A stretch of DNA of 63,699 bases, filler included, from Saprolegnia diclina VS20 (taxonomy: Eukaryota), in NCBI RefSeq assembly GCF_000281045.1. It is 8 parts of 3 records of this genome, joined end to end, with 100 filler letters (N's around TTAATTAATTAA, not from the genome) between each part and the next. Parts side by side here need not be neighbours in the genome. Positions count along the whole stretch, not along the records: positions 35,268 to 47,563 come from NW_008246108.1; positions 47,664 to 51,405 come from NW_008246108.1; positions 51,506 to 60,827 come from NW_008246109.1; 5 more parts are not named here. One strand, 5' to 3'. A model generated the notes under the pieces. It saw only the letters and a program-made list of their open reading frames with translations. It searched no databases and had not been told where the DNA came from. This document shows, one piece after another, positions 47,182-60,217 of this stretch; position 1 is the first letter of the stretch; every line of letters begins with the position of its first letter. A program made the translations under genes and the position numbers.

Positions 47182-47197
47182 GGTGTTGAAAAACACC
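47182..47197 (-). terminator. Histone mRNA 3' stem-loop (H4 copy)
   Basis: Same 16-nt hairpin on the minus strand. Confidence 0.85.
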
Positions 47198-47237
47198 AGT
47201 GTGGTTGACGACTCTATGGTTGCCACAGTTCAATGGC

Positions 47238-47561
<324 letters not shown>

Positions 47562-47663
47562 TTNNNNNNNNNNNNNNNNNNNNNNNNNNNNNNNNNNNNN
47601 NNNNNNNTTAATTAATTAANNNNNNNNNNNNNNNNNNNNNNNNNNNNNNNNNNNNNNNNNNNN

Positions 47664-48598
47664 CCGCGCTGGAGCTTGATGTAGCCCTTGTCGCCCCAAG
47701 CCGCACCCCACGAGCTGCGGAGCTTGAAGTAGTCCTTGCCGTTCTCGGCGCCGTAGCCGACGACAAGCACCGAGTGGTCAAGCGTGCTGCCGGGGCACGA
47801 CGTCACGACACCGGACGTGTAGTGCTGCCACGCGTCGTTGCCGGCGATGACAGCTGCCGTGACGGGTTGCGTGAGCAGCGCGGCCTCCAATTTGGGCTCG
47901 CCGGTCGCCCATGCATGGCCCTCAACAGCAAGCATTTCCTTCTTGCAGGTCGTTTGGCACTCACCGTTCTTGCCATCAGCGCCAGACGTGTACGGGTAGT
48001 CCTTGGCGAGGCAGATACCGTTCGTTCCGATCCAGTCCATGGCCGTAAACTCAAGACCGCCGCGGCAGCCTTCGTCGATCAATTCGCGATCGCAGCTCAC
48101 AACGTCCTGCTCCGACACGTTGAGAAGCGACCCCGTCACAATGCAGTGGGCAGCTTCGACCGACGCCGTCGTCGAAAACACCCACGCCGACGAGCACTTG
48201 CCTTGGTCTTTGACCGCGTTCATGCAGCTGGTCGCCGACCAATCGAGGGTGCCGTTGGCACCGCCGACGCCACGGTCTTCAACACGCGGTGCGTCCTGAA
48301 GCAGCGCGGCGCCCGGCGCAAACGACCGGCGAAGGTAGGCTTGGAACTCCTTGGGCGAGTAGAGCGAGAAGGGTCCGATGCCGAACGTCGCTGTCGGCTG
48401 CTCCTTGGAGACGGCAGCGATCGCGTCCTTGGCCGCCTGGAGACGCACGAGGAGGTCCTCCGTGTTGGTTGCGTCGACGCCCTTGGGCAAGTACGCAGGG
48501 CCAAAGGCCTTGTTCCACTGGTTGAGCTCAGTGAGGAGCGCGTCGCGGTCGGCAGCGACGAGGGTGAGGGCGGCCGTGGCGAGGAGAATGCGTTGCAT
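47664..48598 (-). CDS. Secreted papain-family (C1A) homologue lacking the catalytic Cys; 3' end at contig edge
   Basis: Signal peptide, prodomain, LDWS, VKDQGKCSSAWVFS, SEQDVVSCD, GCRGG, LDHSVLVVGYG, KLRSSWG. Confidence 0.85.
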
Positions 48599-49167
48599 GA
48601 CAAAGAGGCGAATTGAACAATGAGCTCTGGGAAGTGACTTGGCGGGCGAAGAGGTCAGATCTGATTTTCTGATTTGATCAACCGTGGGAGTCGTGCTCGG
48701 GCACGTTTGGACGACGTGGGACTCGTCGTATGTTCCAGTGCGCTCCTTCCAAACGCTCGTTCGTGTCCTCAGGAAGAATGCGGATTTCATCATACTTCAG
48801 CAGCATTTGATATATTCCCAGAGTGCGCTTGACCATTAAATAGGGTTTTCAAACGTTGGGGTTATGGTCTCAATTCTATTAGACAAGAATGGCATCCTAT
48901 CGACGAATTGCAGTATGTTGGAACGCCCCTATTCTAGTGTTGCGGCGCACAAGAGTGCGAAAAAGAGACTGGTGTATGTTATAGCGTTATAGCAAGAAGA
49001 AGCTCATGCTCGTTTCAGTGCGTTGGTGTCGTCGTTGCGATCGTCGCATGTGTCTTCAACGTTGTTAGAGAAGCACCTTCGAGCCGTCGGCCGAGAACAC
49101 CCAACTTCCAATCACGATGTCGAACGCATTTACTCGACAATCCTACCAGATACGATTGCATCGATAG

Positions 49168-49432
49168 TCCGCCAGCTGCCTCGTGGCAGCGTCAAGCGCA
49201 TCTCGGGTCTCATCTACGAAGAGACGCGCGGCGTGCTCAAGGTCTTCCTCGAGAACGTCATCAAGGACTTGGTCACATACACGGAGCACGCGGGCCGCAA
49301 GACGGTGACGGCCATGGACGCTCAAGAGTCCGGGCACCTTGTACGGTGTTGGCGGTCAAATCTACAGCTATGGCGACGTAACGTCGTCAATTACACTAGT
49401 GTTTTCAACACCACCCAATACACAAGAAACGA
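49168..49432 (+). pseudogene. Histone H4 pseudogene fragment with decayed stem-loop
   Basis: [46 protein letters not shown], then a deletion; 5' part absent; hairpin mutated to AGTGTT-TTC-AACACC at 49398-49412. Confidence 0.85.
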
Positions 49433-49828
49433 ATTGTGTCAAAGTTTTGTTCGAGGACGCAGTGAGTCGTTTGAGTTCACGCAGAGACTCGCAGAGACGA
49501 CCGTGGATCCTTGTGCAAGATTGTAATCTGGTCACCACGTCTACGAGACATGAAACTCAGATCGTCTGGTCCGCCTCAGAGCGCACTAGAATGCCGAACT
49601 ACCGCATATTCCCTCGTGGCGCATTCTATCAAGCACTCCTTTGATACACGGTGGTCGAAAGCCAGCGCCTTTTGGTTGACTGCACTGATAGAGTATCTGC
49701 GGCGTGGCCATGCTATCGTCAGTGCAATCACCTTGTACCCACACGTGCTACGGTGGACGTAGGCTCTACTGTGCAGTCCCACGCAAGCCACTTCATCGTC
49801 GTCAGTATTCAGTTATTTTCATTTTCCC

Positions 49829-50810
49829 ATGTACCAGCACATCGCGATCACTGCGCTGCTTGCCGTGTCCACGACGGCCCTTGACCTCTCGCCGACAGCG
49901 CGGGCATCGCTGACACTCGAACTCGACGCGTGGAACCAAGTGTTTGGCCCCTCGTACTTGCCGCGCGGCGTTGACACTGCCAACACGGACGACCTCCTTG
50001 GGAGCTGCAGGCGTCCAAGGCTGCACTGGCAGTGCTACAGGCTACTAAGCCCCACGCAAGATTCGAACTCGGTCGTTTTGCACTCTTCTCGCTCGCCGAG
50101 TTTCGAGCCCAGTTCCGCACAACGCCCAAGCCGCAGCACGACAACGTTCCTCGACTCGTGAAGCGCGGTGTCGGCGTCGCAACGGCACCGTGGACTGGTC
50201 GACCACACGGTGCATAAACCTGGTGCAAGACCACGGCAAGTGCTCGGCAGCGTGGGTCTTTTCGGCGACTGCGGTCGTCGAAGCCGCCCACTGCATTGCC
50301 ACTGGGACGCTGCTCGACGTGTCGGAGCAAGACATTGTGAGCTGCGACCGCGACCTCTTTGACGACGGCTGCAACGGCGGCGTCGAGTTTACGGCCATGG
50401 ATTGGATCTCCAAGCAAGGTATTTACCTCGCCAACGATTACCCGTACACGTCTGGCGTCGATGGTCAGAACGGCGTGTGCCAAATGAGCTGCAAGAAGCA
50501 GTCGCTGGCCATCAATAGCTTTGATTTTGCGATTGGTGAGCCGGCGCTCGAAGCTGCGCTGGCAGTGCAGCCGGTCGCCGTCGAAGTCGAGGCCGCCAAC
50601 TTTGCGTGGATGCTGTACAAGGACGGGATTGTCACCGAGTGCCCCGGGAACGACGTCGACCATGTCGCTGTCACCGTCGGGTACGGTGTCGAGAAGGGCG
50701 TCAATTACTTCAAGGTGCGCAACTCGTGGGGCGCCGACTGGGGCGAGGCAGGGCCGACGTTTCGGGCCCTGAAGACGACGCCAGCCCCGACGACAAAACC
50801 GGCTTGCTAA
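49829..50810 (+). pseudogene. C1A homologue paralogue with two frameshifts (near 50003 and 50180) and a C-terminal deletion
   Basis: Three consecutive frames align to the 47664-48598 protein; VQDHGKCSAAWVFS, VDHVAVTVGYG, RNSWG; ends TKPAC. Confidence 0.7.
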
Positions 50811-51261
50811 CGTTAAGCTTAAGCTTCCTGCTCGATACGCCTCGAAAGCTATGGAGCATGCTCCCAAGTACTTTGCCTTTACGTACTTCAAATATGATAC
50901 AACACTCGCTCCTGGCGAGTAGTACGTTGCAATCACCGAGGCGGGTGGCCCCGCACGGCCTATGTAAATGAACTCGAATATCCCTACACCTAAGCGATCA
51001 TGCCATCTCGATAGCACTTTAACTGTGCGCTCTACGAAGCCCAGGAAATGAACAGCTAACAACATGGTTGTCGTCTCGTCCAGCGCCGCGTTTCAGCGTT
51101 TGCCCACACTTGTTCGACACAACAAGTACCAGTACCAGTTCTCAACTCGGTATTTTGCATTTGACATGAACAGAGGAGGAGGATGTATTTGAGGATTCAA
51201 CATGAATGTACATCTCAGTGGTGGGCGACGACATCAACATAGAGTGGCTCGCGTCGTCGCA

Positions 51262-51405
51262 TTAGCATGCGGGCTTGGTCGGGACGGGCGCGGTCGTCGG
51301 CATCGGCGCGCCCTTCAGCTTGGGGAAAATCGGGAACTCAGCGACGTTGCACATGCCCTTGCCGCCGACGCCGCGCTGGAGCTTGATGTAGCCCTTGTCG
51401 CCCCA
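51262..51405 (-). CDS. C-terminal part of the C1A homologue
   Basis: WGDKGYIKLQRGVGGKGMCNVAEFPIFPKLKGAPMPTTAPVPTKPAC*; 51371-51405 is identical to 47664-47698. Confidence 0.8.
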   Translation of the reverse strand, partial: WGDKGYIKLQRGVGGKGMCNVAEFPIFPKLKGAPMPTTAPVPTKPAC

Positions 51406-51505
51406 NNNNNNNNNNNNNNNNNNNNNNNNNNNNNNNNNNNNNNNNNNNNTTAATTAATTAANNNNNNNNNNNNNNNNNNNNNNNNNNNNNNNNNNNNNNN
51501 NNNNN

Positions 51506-51682
51506 GCCGACGTTCGCAAGAAGCTCTCGATTCCAGGCTCGCTCTTCGAAGACTTTGCCTGCGGTCTCTTCTGCAACTGCTGTGCGATCGCTCAAATGGC
51601 AACGCATACCAACACGTACGAGCCGAAGGTCTGCGCCTTTGGCCCGAAGGACACGTTGCCAGCATTCGTCTCGATGGCGTAA
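51506..51682 (+). CDS. PLAC8-family cysteine-rich protein, 3' fragment
   Basis: VRKKLSIPGSLFEDFACGLFCNCCAIAQMA is the PLAC8 C-terminal motif. Confidence 0.8.
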   Translation, partial: ADVRKKLSIPGSLFEDFACGLFCNCCAIAQMATHTNTYEPKVCAFGPKDTLPAFVSMA

Positions 51683-52403
51683 AGAACATATTGAACCATG
51701 ATTTTTGCTTTTCAACAATTTGTGTATCTGAAATCGAGCACCAACTGTCTAGCTTTAGAGTTGAAGCGCTGCTGGGAGCGGCAACTTGCTGTCAAGACGA
51801 GCAAGCTACGTCATAGCAACAACAAATACTTGGCATGTGTAGCCGCCTCCGAAGGACGAATTGGAGTAGGTGTCTTGTCATCCTCATCGAGCCGAGACGG
51901 TCGATGGAACAAACAGTACTTGTGCCCACTCCGAAGTCATAGGCCGATGCCACTGCGCCACCATCGACATTGATTCCTCAGCCGCATGACTATCGAATGG
52001 CATTTCTGCACTGAGGTGAATGACTTTGTGGAGGAACTCTTGACCCCAAAATGTGTCGACCACACCCGAGCGACGCAATTATCTCTTGCGATAATCTAAC
52101 GACATCATACACTAATTGGCGGGAGAATTGACATACAGCGTTTCTGGTAACGACCGCAGCTTTCGACTGCGAACGACTAGTTGACCAACACGCGACATTG
52201 CGTTTTAGAAAACACTGTACCTGACGTCCTTCCTTGAGCCATGCCAAAGCAGTGTACACGTAGCGATCCAGCGCCGAGATTGCGTTTGAATTTTCAAATC
52301 CAGTGTATCGTCCGAATAACCAATTTATGCGGATGCTTCCTGCGCACCGATTGGCCAAAATGGGGATATTCGCGTGAGAGGAATCCCACTTGGCGAATCG
52401 GCA

Positions 52404-55400
52404 ATGGAGCAGCTCTGGGCGTGGGTCGTCTCCTACGCACCGGCGACGGACGCGCGCCTGAGCGACTGCGTCAGCGCCGTCCTGATGGAGGCCTACCCGA
52501 CGGAGCTCGATGCGATCCGCGCCAAGGAAGACAGCGTCGTCGAGTGGCGAGGCCCGGCCGTGCTCCTCAACACGCACGCCAAGGAGCTCCAGATGAAGTC
52601 GTACCTGAGCTGGGACCACCTGCCTAGCTTCACGCTCGCCATGAAGCCGACCGAGTGCACGCCTGCGGCGGCGAAGGAGCTCCGCGCGCTGCTCGAGGCA
52701 CTCTGCATCGCTGCCTTCCACAGCGTCCAAAAGGCCACCTTCGTACAGGACATCATCAACATGGCATCCGACGTCCAGGAGGCAGTGTGCGAGGTCCTCT
52801 CGCAGGTTTCGCTGTCCGTATCCGAGCCCGATGCGCCGCCATCCCCGCGCCCGACAACCACGATGGCCCACGGCGCCCAAGAGACGTCGCCGCTTGGCAG
52901 CCAGGGGGACGACCGCACGTCGTCGAGCACCCGCAGCGAGATGCACCGGCTCGCGCGAGAGAACGCAATGCTCAAGGAAGAAGTCACGACGCTCTTGCAA
53001 GACGCCGAGGACCGAAAGGCGACGGCCGCCCGCCTTGAAGCCGACGACGCCAAGCGCCAAGCCGACTATGAGACGGCGCGGCTCCAGATGGACGTGGATA
53101 TGGCCAAGCACGAGCGTGCGCTCAAGGAACAGTACCGCGATCTCATCAAGCAGTTGCAAAACGACGTGGCCATCGCGCAGCAGAAGAGCCATACGCTGAT
53201 CCACGTCGAGACGGACTTGGCCGCGCTCAAGGACGAAATGGATGTTGTCCGCGCGACGGCCGCCAAGGCCACGAAGCTCGAGGCGCGGCTCGAAAAGTAC
53301 AAGCTCAAGATCGACGAGCTTCCGCGTCTCAAGGAGTGCAACAAGCGCTTGGAAGAGAAGAACGCCGAGCTCTCCGACAAGGTACTGGCGCAAGAAACGC
53401 AGTTGTCGCGTCTCCACTCCGTCCACCGCAAGCTCGAAGAGGCCAAAGACGCCATGGCCACCATGGTATATATCCTTCCACGTCCTGTCCTCTATATCAA
53501 CGGCTATTATGTGCGTAGGCGGTGCGCATGAGCGAGATGGAAGCAACCATGGCCCGGCGCGAGCACGAGCGCTTAGAGCTACGCGCCGACCTCGACGCTG
53601 CCCGGCTCGAAGCCCAGCGCCAGCAAAGCCTCCGCGACGACCTGCAAGCGACGTTGGCGCAGCTGCAAGACGGGCAGCCCGTCGCAATCAGCGGCGAGCG
53701 ACTCGAACTCGACCATGGCATGCTCGAAAAGATGGACGCGCTCCAGCACGAGAACTCCCGCCTCAAGAAACAGCTCAGCGCCGAGGCCGCCGACCGAGTC
53801 GAGTCGCTCCTCGAAGAGCTCGATGCGCTCACGCGAGTGAAAAGGTCGTTTGAAACCAAGTACTTTGCGACCCAAGATGCGCTCGAGGTCATGGCCGCGC
53901 AGTGCACCGACCAAGAGAAAACGATCGAGTCGCTTCGTCTCACCCACGCCGACCTCGAAGCGCAGTGCGAGACGCTCCAGGACAAGCTCAATACGACAAC
54001 AACTGCCTTGGCGACGCTGGCAGAGACGCACGAACGCAGCGTGGATGACGCCGCTCAGCAGTACGCGCGTCTCGAGACCGAGGCTGCAGCCCACGTCGCT
54101 GCCCGTGACGCTCAGATCCAAAATCTCGTCGCGGTGGGGTCGGCCAAGGACGCCGACATGACTGTGCTCCGCGCCGCCGTCGCCTCGCTCACGGCCAGCT
54201 TGACCAGCCAGACGGATGCTTGCACGGCGCTTGACGAGATGCATGCGGCGCTGCAAGCCTCTGCGCACACGCTCGATACGACACTTCGCGCGACAGAAGC
54301 GACATTGGCAGCAAACGTCAACGAGCTGGAGAAAGCGTACGCCGATCATCAGCGCGACGCCGTTGCCGCCGAGACTGAGAAGGCCAGCTTACGCAGTGAG
54401 TTTGAGGTCCAACGCGAGATGCTCGAGTCCAAGGTGTCGATCCTCCAGCACGTCAACCACGACATGCAGCACGAACTCGAGGCGCAGCGCGCGCAAAACG
54501 CCGAGCTCAAATCGCAGGCAGAGCGCTTGTTGGAAGCTACGGCGATGCTCACCGAAGACGTGGACGGAACGCGGTGGCAGCTCGACGCGGCGCGACACGA
54601 CACGCGCTGCATGGAGGCAGCTAACGCGTCCTTGGCGCTGGCGATTGCGCGACTCCAAACAGCCCACGATAACATGGCGAACGAGTGGGCCAAGGACCAA
54701 GCGGTTCAGATGGAGCTGCACTGCGAGGTCGCTGCCAAGACTGAGACGTGCGCACAGCTCACAGCCGACATTGATGCCCTTCGGGCCGACATGAAGACGC
54801 AGCAAACTGCCCATGACGTACTCGTGGATCGTAATGCGGAGCTGGAAGCTCAAGTGACCGAGAAGGCCGCGGTCGACGCACGCGCTGTGACGCTCGAGAC
54901 CGCGCTCGAGGCCAAGACGACGGCGCTTGCAGAGACCGCGGGCCGCCTCAGCGCTGCCGAAGCGCAGCTCACAAAGCTACGGACAATGGAGCAAGCCGGG
55001 AGGAAGTACGTGCACGACCTCGAGACCCACCACGCCGCCGCGTTGGCAGCAAAAGGTCGCGAGCTTGAGTTTGCCGAGGCTCGGTTTGCCCGCATGGAAG
55101 CGCGCAGTCGGGCGGCCGAGCGCGAACGGATGCAGCACCACGGCATCGCCGACGCGCGCGACCCCGAGACCGACAAGCAGCTCAAGCTCATGAACGATGA
55201 GCTCGAGTTGCTCAAGGCCGAGTTCAAGAAGCTGCAGACGAGCTATGTCGCGCTCCAGACAGTACGTGTGGCCACGTCTCCGCCACGACAACTCAGTTTA
55301 TGTAGCAACTGCGCGACTGTTCGTGCCGACGTACGGCGGCGATCGCCGTGTTGGGGTACTAGCTACTGAGCTTGCCAATCTTTTAACACTGGAGATAGAC

Positions 55401-55820
55401 AGCAAGAAGGGCTGCGCCGACTCCAGCTCTTGTATGAGGAAGAAGGCAACAAGCTGCGGGAGCTGCTCTTGATCAAGACCCAACGTACGCAAGCCATTGG
55501 TGTTGTATCTAACGGCGGCTGTAGTCGTCCAAGACAACCACCAACTCCGGTGCAGCAGCAGCACGATGGCGCAGGAGCTCAAGCTCTTGAAGGAGAAGAA
55601 CAGCAGCCTTCAACTCCGCGAAGCACGACGAGAGAGAGAGTCGACCGAGTCGGTACTCGGAAGGAAGCGGCCGATCGACGCCGTCTCGCCGCCGTCGCTC
55701 GGTCGACCGAACCCGACGATCGCTGCTCAAGCGACAGCCCGTCCGCGCTCGGCGCTGCTGTCGGCGGCGAGCACAACACCATCCGTCGTCGAGTCGGAAC
55801 CGACCTGCAAACAGCAATAA
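52404..55820 (+). CDS. HOOK-like long coiled-coil protein ending in CKQQ; multi-exon
   Basis: N-terminal LWAWV..LSD..FVQDI.NM..DVQ segment resembles the HOOK CH-like domain; LKDEMDVVR..KLEARLEKYKLKIDEL is HOOK-like; last exon ends EPTCKQQ*. Confidence 0.65.
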
Positions 55821-55883
55821 TTTGTTTCAGGATATGTCCATCGCGAATAGAATCGAGTGTAGAGTATAAATTCTGGTTGTATA

Positions 55884-56962
55884 CTAGCTGGCTCCGAGAA
55901 ACTTGTGCTCGTGGAGGCTGACGCACGTCCCTTCAAGCATCGCGTCCAGCGAGTGAAACGTAATCCCGAGCCCCGTCCGCGCCTTGTTGGTGTCAAAGTT
56001 GATGCGCGGCGCGGGTTGTCCAGGTGACGCGGTCGCCGTCACGGTGATGGTCGGGTCGACGCGGCGCATCCCATCGACGATCTCCTGGTCGGTCGCGAAG
56101 CAGCTCACGAGCATGTAGCGGCCATTGGCCTCGGGCTTTTCAAAGCCAACGACGTGCGCGAGCGCCACGTCACGTACGTCGACGAGCGTGCGTCCCGCCA
56201 GCGACAGCACTTTGGTGTCGCCATTCGCGAGCTTGAAGATCTTGTCGCTGCTCTCGTTCATGGACGGCGGCAGCATCGGGCCCAAGATGAGCGTCGGGCA
56301 CATGGCGACGAGGTCAAAGGCCGGCTGCGTCTCGGCGATAAACGCGTTCGCCGTGCGCTCAGCGACCGTCTTGCTGAGGCAGTACCACAGCCCGAGCTTC
56401 TCCATCCGATCTTCGTGGCTCCAGTCAGCCTCGGTAAACTACAGCATGCAATGAGATAAGCGGCGACAGAGGATCGAAAGGCCATACAACATGGTCGTCG
56501 GGCAGCGTGTCGCAATGCACGTAAATGGCCGCCATGGACGAAGTCAAGACGACGCGCCGGACGGTCGCGTGGCGCGCACACGAGCGGAGGACGTTGAGGG
56601 TGCCTTGGACCGCGGGCACGACAAGAGCGTCGCGCGTCTGGTTCTTGACGAAGAAGGGCGACGCCGTGTGGAAGACGCCTACGCAGCCTTCGATCGCCTT
56701 GTCAAACGAGCCTTCCTACGCCAACGGGTCATGCGTCAAGGTGCGTGGCCATCTGCGTCGCTGGTACCTCGAGGAGGTCGGCCTGGCAGAGCTCAAGGCG
56801 CTCGGCAGCGCCGGGTAGTGCGCGCAGATGCGCGACCTTCTTGGCATCCTGTACATTGCGCACGGTTGTCTTGACGCGGTAGCCTCTCTCGAGCAGGAGC
56901 TTGACGACATACGAGCCGAGGAAGCCCGAGCCGCCCGTCACGCACACTGTCTCGCCGCTCAT
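55884..56962 (-). CDS. NAD(P)-dependent extended SDR (DFR/cinnamoyl-CoA reductase-like); 2 introns
   Basis: [25 protein letters not shown], catalytic YCLSK, VDVRDVA. Confidence 0.9.
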
Positions 56963-57785
56963 GTTGCAGTTTGGACCTCTCGGAAATGATACCGGCAGCG
57001 GCCGCGATCTATGTATTTTCAAAGGTTTGGGCTGTGGGCCTGCAACGCCAACTCCTTTGTGCGATTGGGTAGTGACCACTAAGTATACAAGTGGGAAATC
57101 AACGACCTGCGAAGGTATTCATGAGACTGCCCAATCTGCCTACAGCGCCAAAAATTACACCTAAATCCCAAAAGGAAAATAGTCAATTAAACTCGTTGCG
57201 CTCAGCGCCGATCGCTGTCGGTCTTGAGGCGCATGGTGTCGATTCTGAAGCTTTCGCTTCACAATTCCTGCCAAATCGCTTTTACCATCAATGCTATTAC
57301 CATAAATGCTACCAATACCAACTGCCGGCTCGATCCTGCCTTGCGTCCTGCTACTACACAGCTTGACCCAACAACAGACCAAGCGCAAGCTGTAGACTCA
57401 GCCGCAGTGCAGCGTTTGTGGACTCGTAAGTTCATTATCCTTGCCTCTACGATCGTCTCTTGCCTTGGAGCTTGCTCCTCTAGCCCTAGACCTACCCTAA
57501 TCACCTCCATCGTAGTCCCCGCTGGACGCCATTGCTGGACTCGATCCTACCTTGCGTCCCTGCAAGCACCCATGCCACTCCACCACAAAACTACTTCTTT
57601 AGTAGAACCTACCTTCTTTCGTAGACAAAGGTTGCAATAGTACGGTGTGTATAATCAATAGTGAGCTACGTAACGAGCTACGAGGCCCGGCGTGCGCTTC
57701 CGCCGGCCATAAAAATCAGTGCAAACTGCTGTCGCGTCTTCTTGCGTCCTTCGATCGTCCGCGTCGCGAGTGTGCAGCTACGATC

Positions 57786-58483
<698 letters not shown>

Positions 58484-58952
58484 NNNNNNNNNNNNNNNNN
58501 NNNNNNNNNNNNNNNNNNNNNNNNNNNNNNNNNNNNNNNNNNNNNNNNNNNNNNNNNNNNNNNNNNNNNNNNNNNNNNNNNNNNNNNNNNNNNNNNNNNN
58601 NNNNNNNNNNNNNNNNNNNNNNNNNNNNNNNNNNNNNNNNNNNNNNNNNNNNNNNNNNNNNNNNNNNNNNNNNNNNNNNNNNNNNNNNNNNNNNNNNNNN
58701 NNNNNNNNNNNNNNNNNNNNNNNNNNNNNNNNNNNNNNNNNNNNNNNNNNNNNNNNNNNNNNNNNNNNNNNNNNNNNNNNNNNNNNNNNNNNNNNNNNNN
58801 NNNNNNNNNNNNNNNNNNNNNNNNNNNNNNNNNNNNNNNNNNNNNNNNNNNNNNNNNNNNNNNNNNNNGCACCATAACATGATGATGCGCTGTCCACGGA
58901 GTGGTCATGGCTGGGGTAATCACTGCCGTCAATTGTAGAGTTCCCATACGAG

Positions 58953-59583
58953 CAATTCTCCCGCCAATTAGTGTATGATGTCGTTAGATTATCGCAAGAG
59001 ATAATTGCGTCGCTCGGGTGTGGTCGACGCATTTTGGGGTCAAGAGTTCCTCCACAAAGTCATTCGCCTCAGTGCAGGAATGCCATTCGACAGTCATGCG
59101 GCTGAGGAATCAATGTCGATGGTGGTGCTGTGGTATCGGCCTATGTCTTCGGAGTGGGCACAAGTATTGTTTGTTCCATCGACCGTCTCGGGTCGATGAG
59201 GATGACAAGACATCTGCTCCGATTCGTCCTCCGCGCCATTGAGGCGGCTACACATGCCAAGTATTCGTTGTTGCTATGACGTAGCTTGCTTGTCTGATCA
59301 CAAGTTGCCGCTCCCAGCAGCGCTTCAACTCTAAAGCTAGACAGTTGGTGCTCGATTTCAGATACACAAATTGTTGAAAAGCAAAAATCATGTTTCGATA
59401 TGTTGTTTACGCCATCGAGGTGAATGCCGGCAACGTGTCCTTCGGGCCAAAGGCGCAGACCTTCGGCTCGTACGTGTTGGTTTGTGTTGCCATTTGAGCG
59501 ATCGCACAGCACTTGCAGAAGAGACCGCAAGCAAAGTCTTCGAAGAGCGAGCCTGGAATCGAGAGCTTCTTGCGAACGTCGGC
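58953..59583 (-). repeat. Diverged inverted segmental duplicate of 51506-52130
   Basis: The reverse complement aligns over the PLAC8 3' end and its 3' flank. Confidence 0.88.
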
Positions 59584-59965
59584 GCGCACGAGCATGACGC
59601 AGATGGCACACATCGCCAGGCAAATGTAGTTGACAAAGGCCCACGCGCTGCCGTAGAACCACGCGGGGCCACTCGTGGACCACGCGAGGCCAGTCATGAT
59701 GCACGAAGTAATGAGGTAGATGGTAAACACGAGGCCAAAGGTCAAGAGAGTGATGCCGTACTTTGCAAACCCGGTGCGGTGGGCGACCTGCGCGAGGGCG
59801 ACGCAAGGAAACAAGCACGACATGCACGCGTTGGGCCAGAAGTCGTCGAGGCAGTCGAAGGTATCGCTCTTCCATTGGCCACGAACGAGGCCGTTTTGGT
59901 CGATCTGAATGGCCGGCTCAAGCGCACTGGGCTCCTTGGCGCAGTACGTCGCTGTTGGTTCGGCA
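59407..59965 (-). CDS. PLAC8-family protein whose 5' end is replaced by a HOOK-derived fragment (possible pseudogene)
   Basis: GQWKSDTFDCLDD..CMSCLFPCVALAQ..CKCCAIAQMA; no start codon of its own upstream of the domain before the junction at about 59966. Confidence 0.7.
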
Positions 59966-60217
59966 TCCAGTGTTAAAAGATTGGCAAGCTCAGTAGCAAG
60001 TACCCCAACACGGCGATCGCCGCCGTACGTCGGCACGAGCAGTCGCGCAGTTGCTACATAAACTGAGTTGTCGTGGCGGGGACGTGGCCACACGTACTGT
60101 CTGGAGCGCGACATAGCTCGTCTGCAGCTTCTTGAACTCGGCCTTGAGCAACTCGAGCTCATCGTTCAAGAGCTTGAGCTCCTGCGCCATCGTGCTGCTG
60201 CTGCACCGGAGTTGGTG
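59966..60217 (-). repeat. Rearranged copy of HOOK-like gene 3' segments (55539-55591 joined to 55195-55393)
   Basis: Near-identical reverse-complement match, including intron sequence. Confidence 0.88.
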
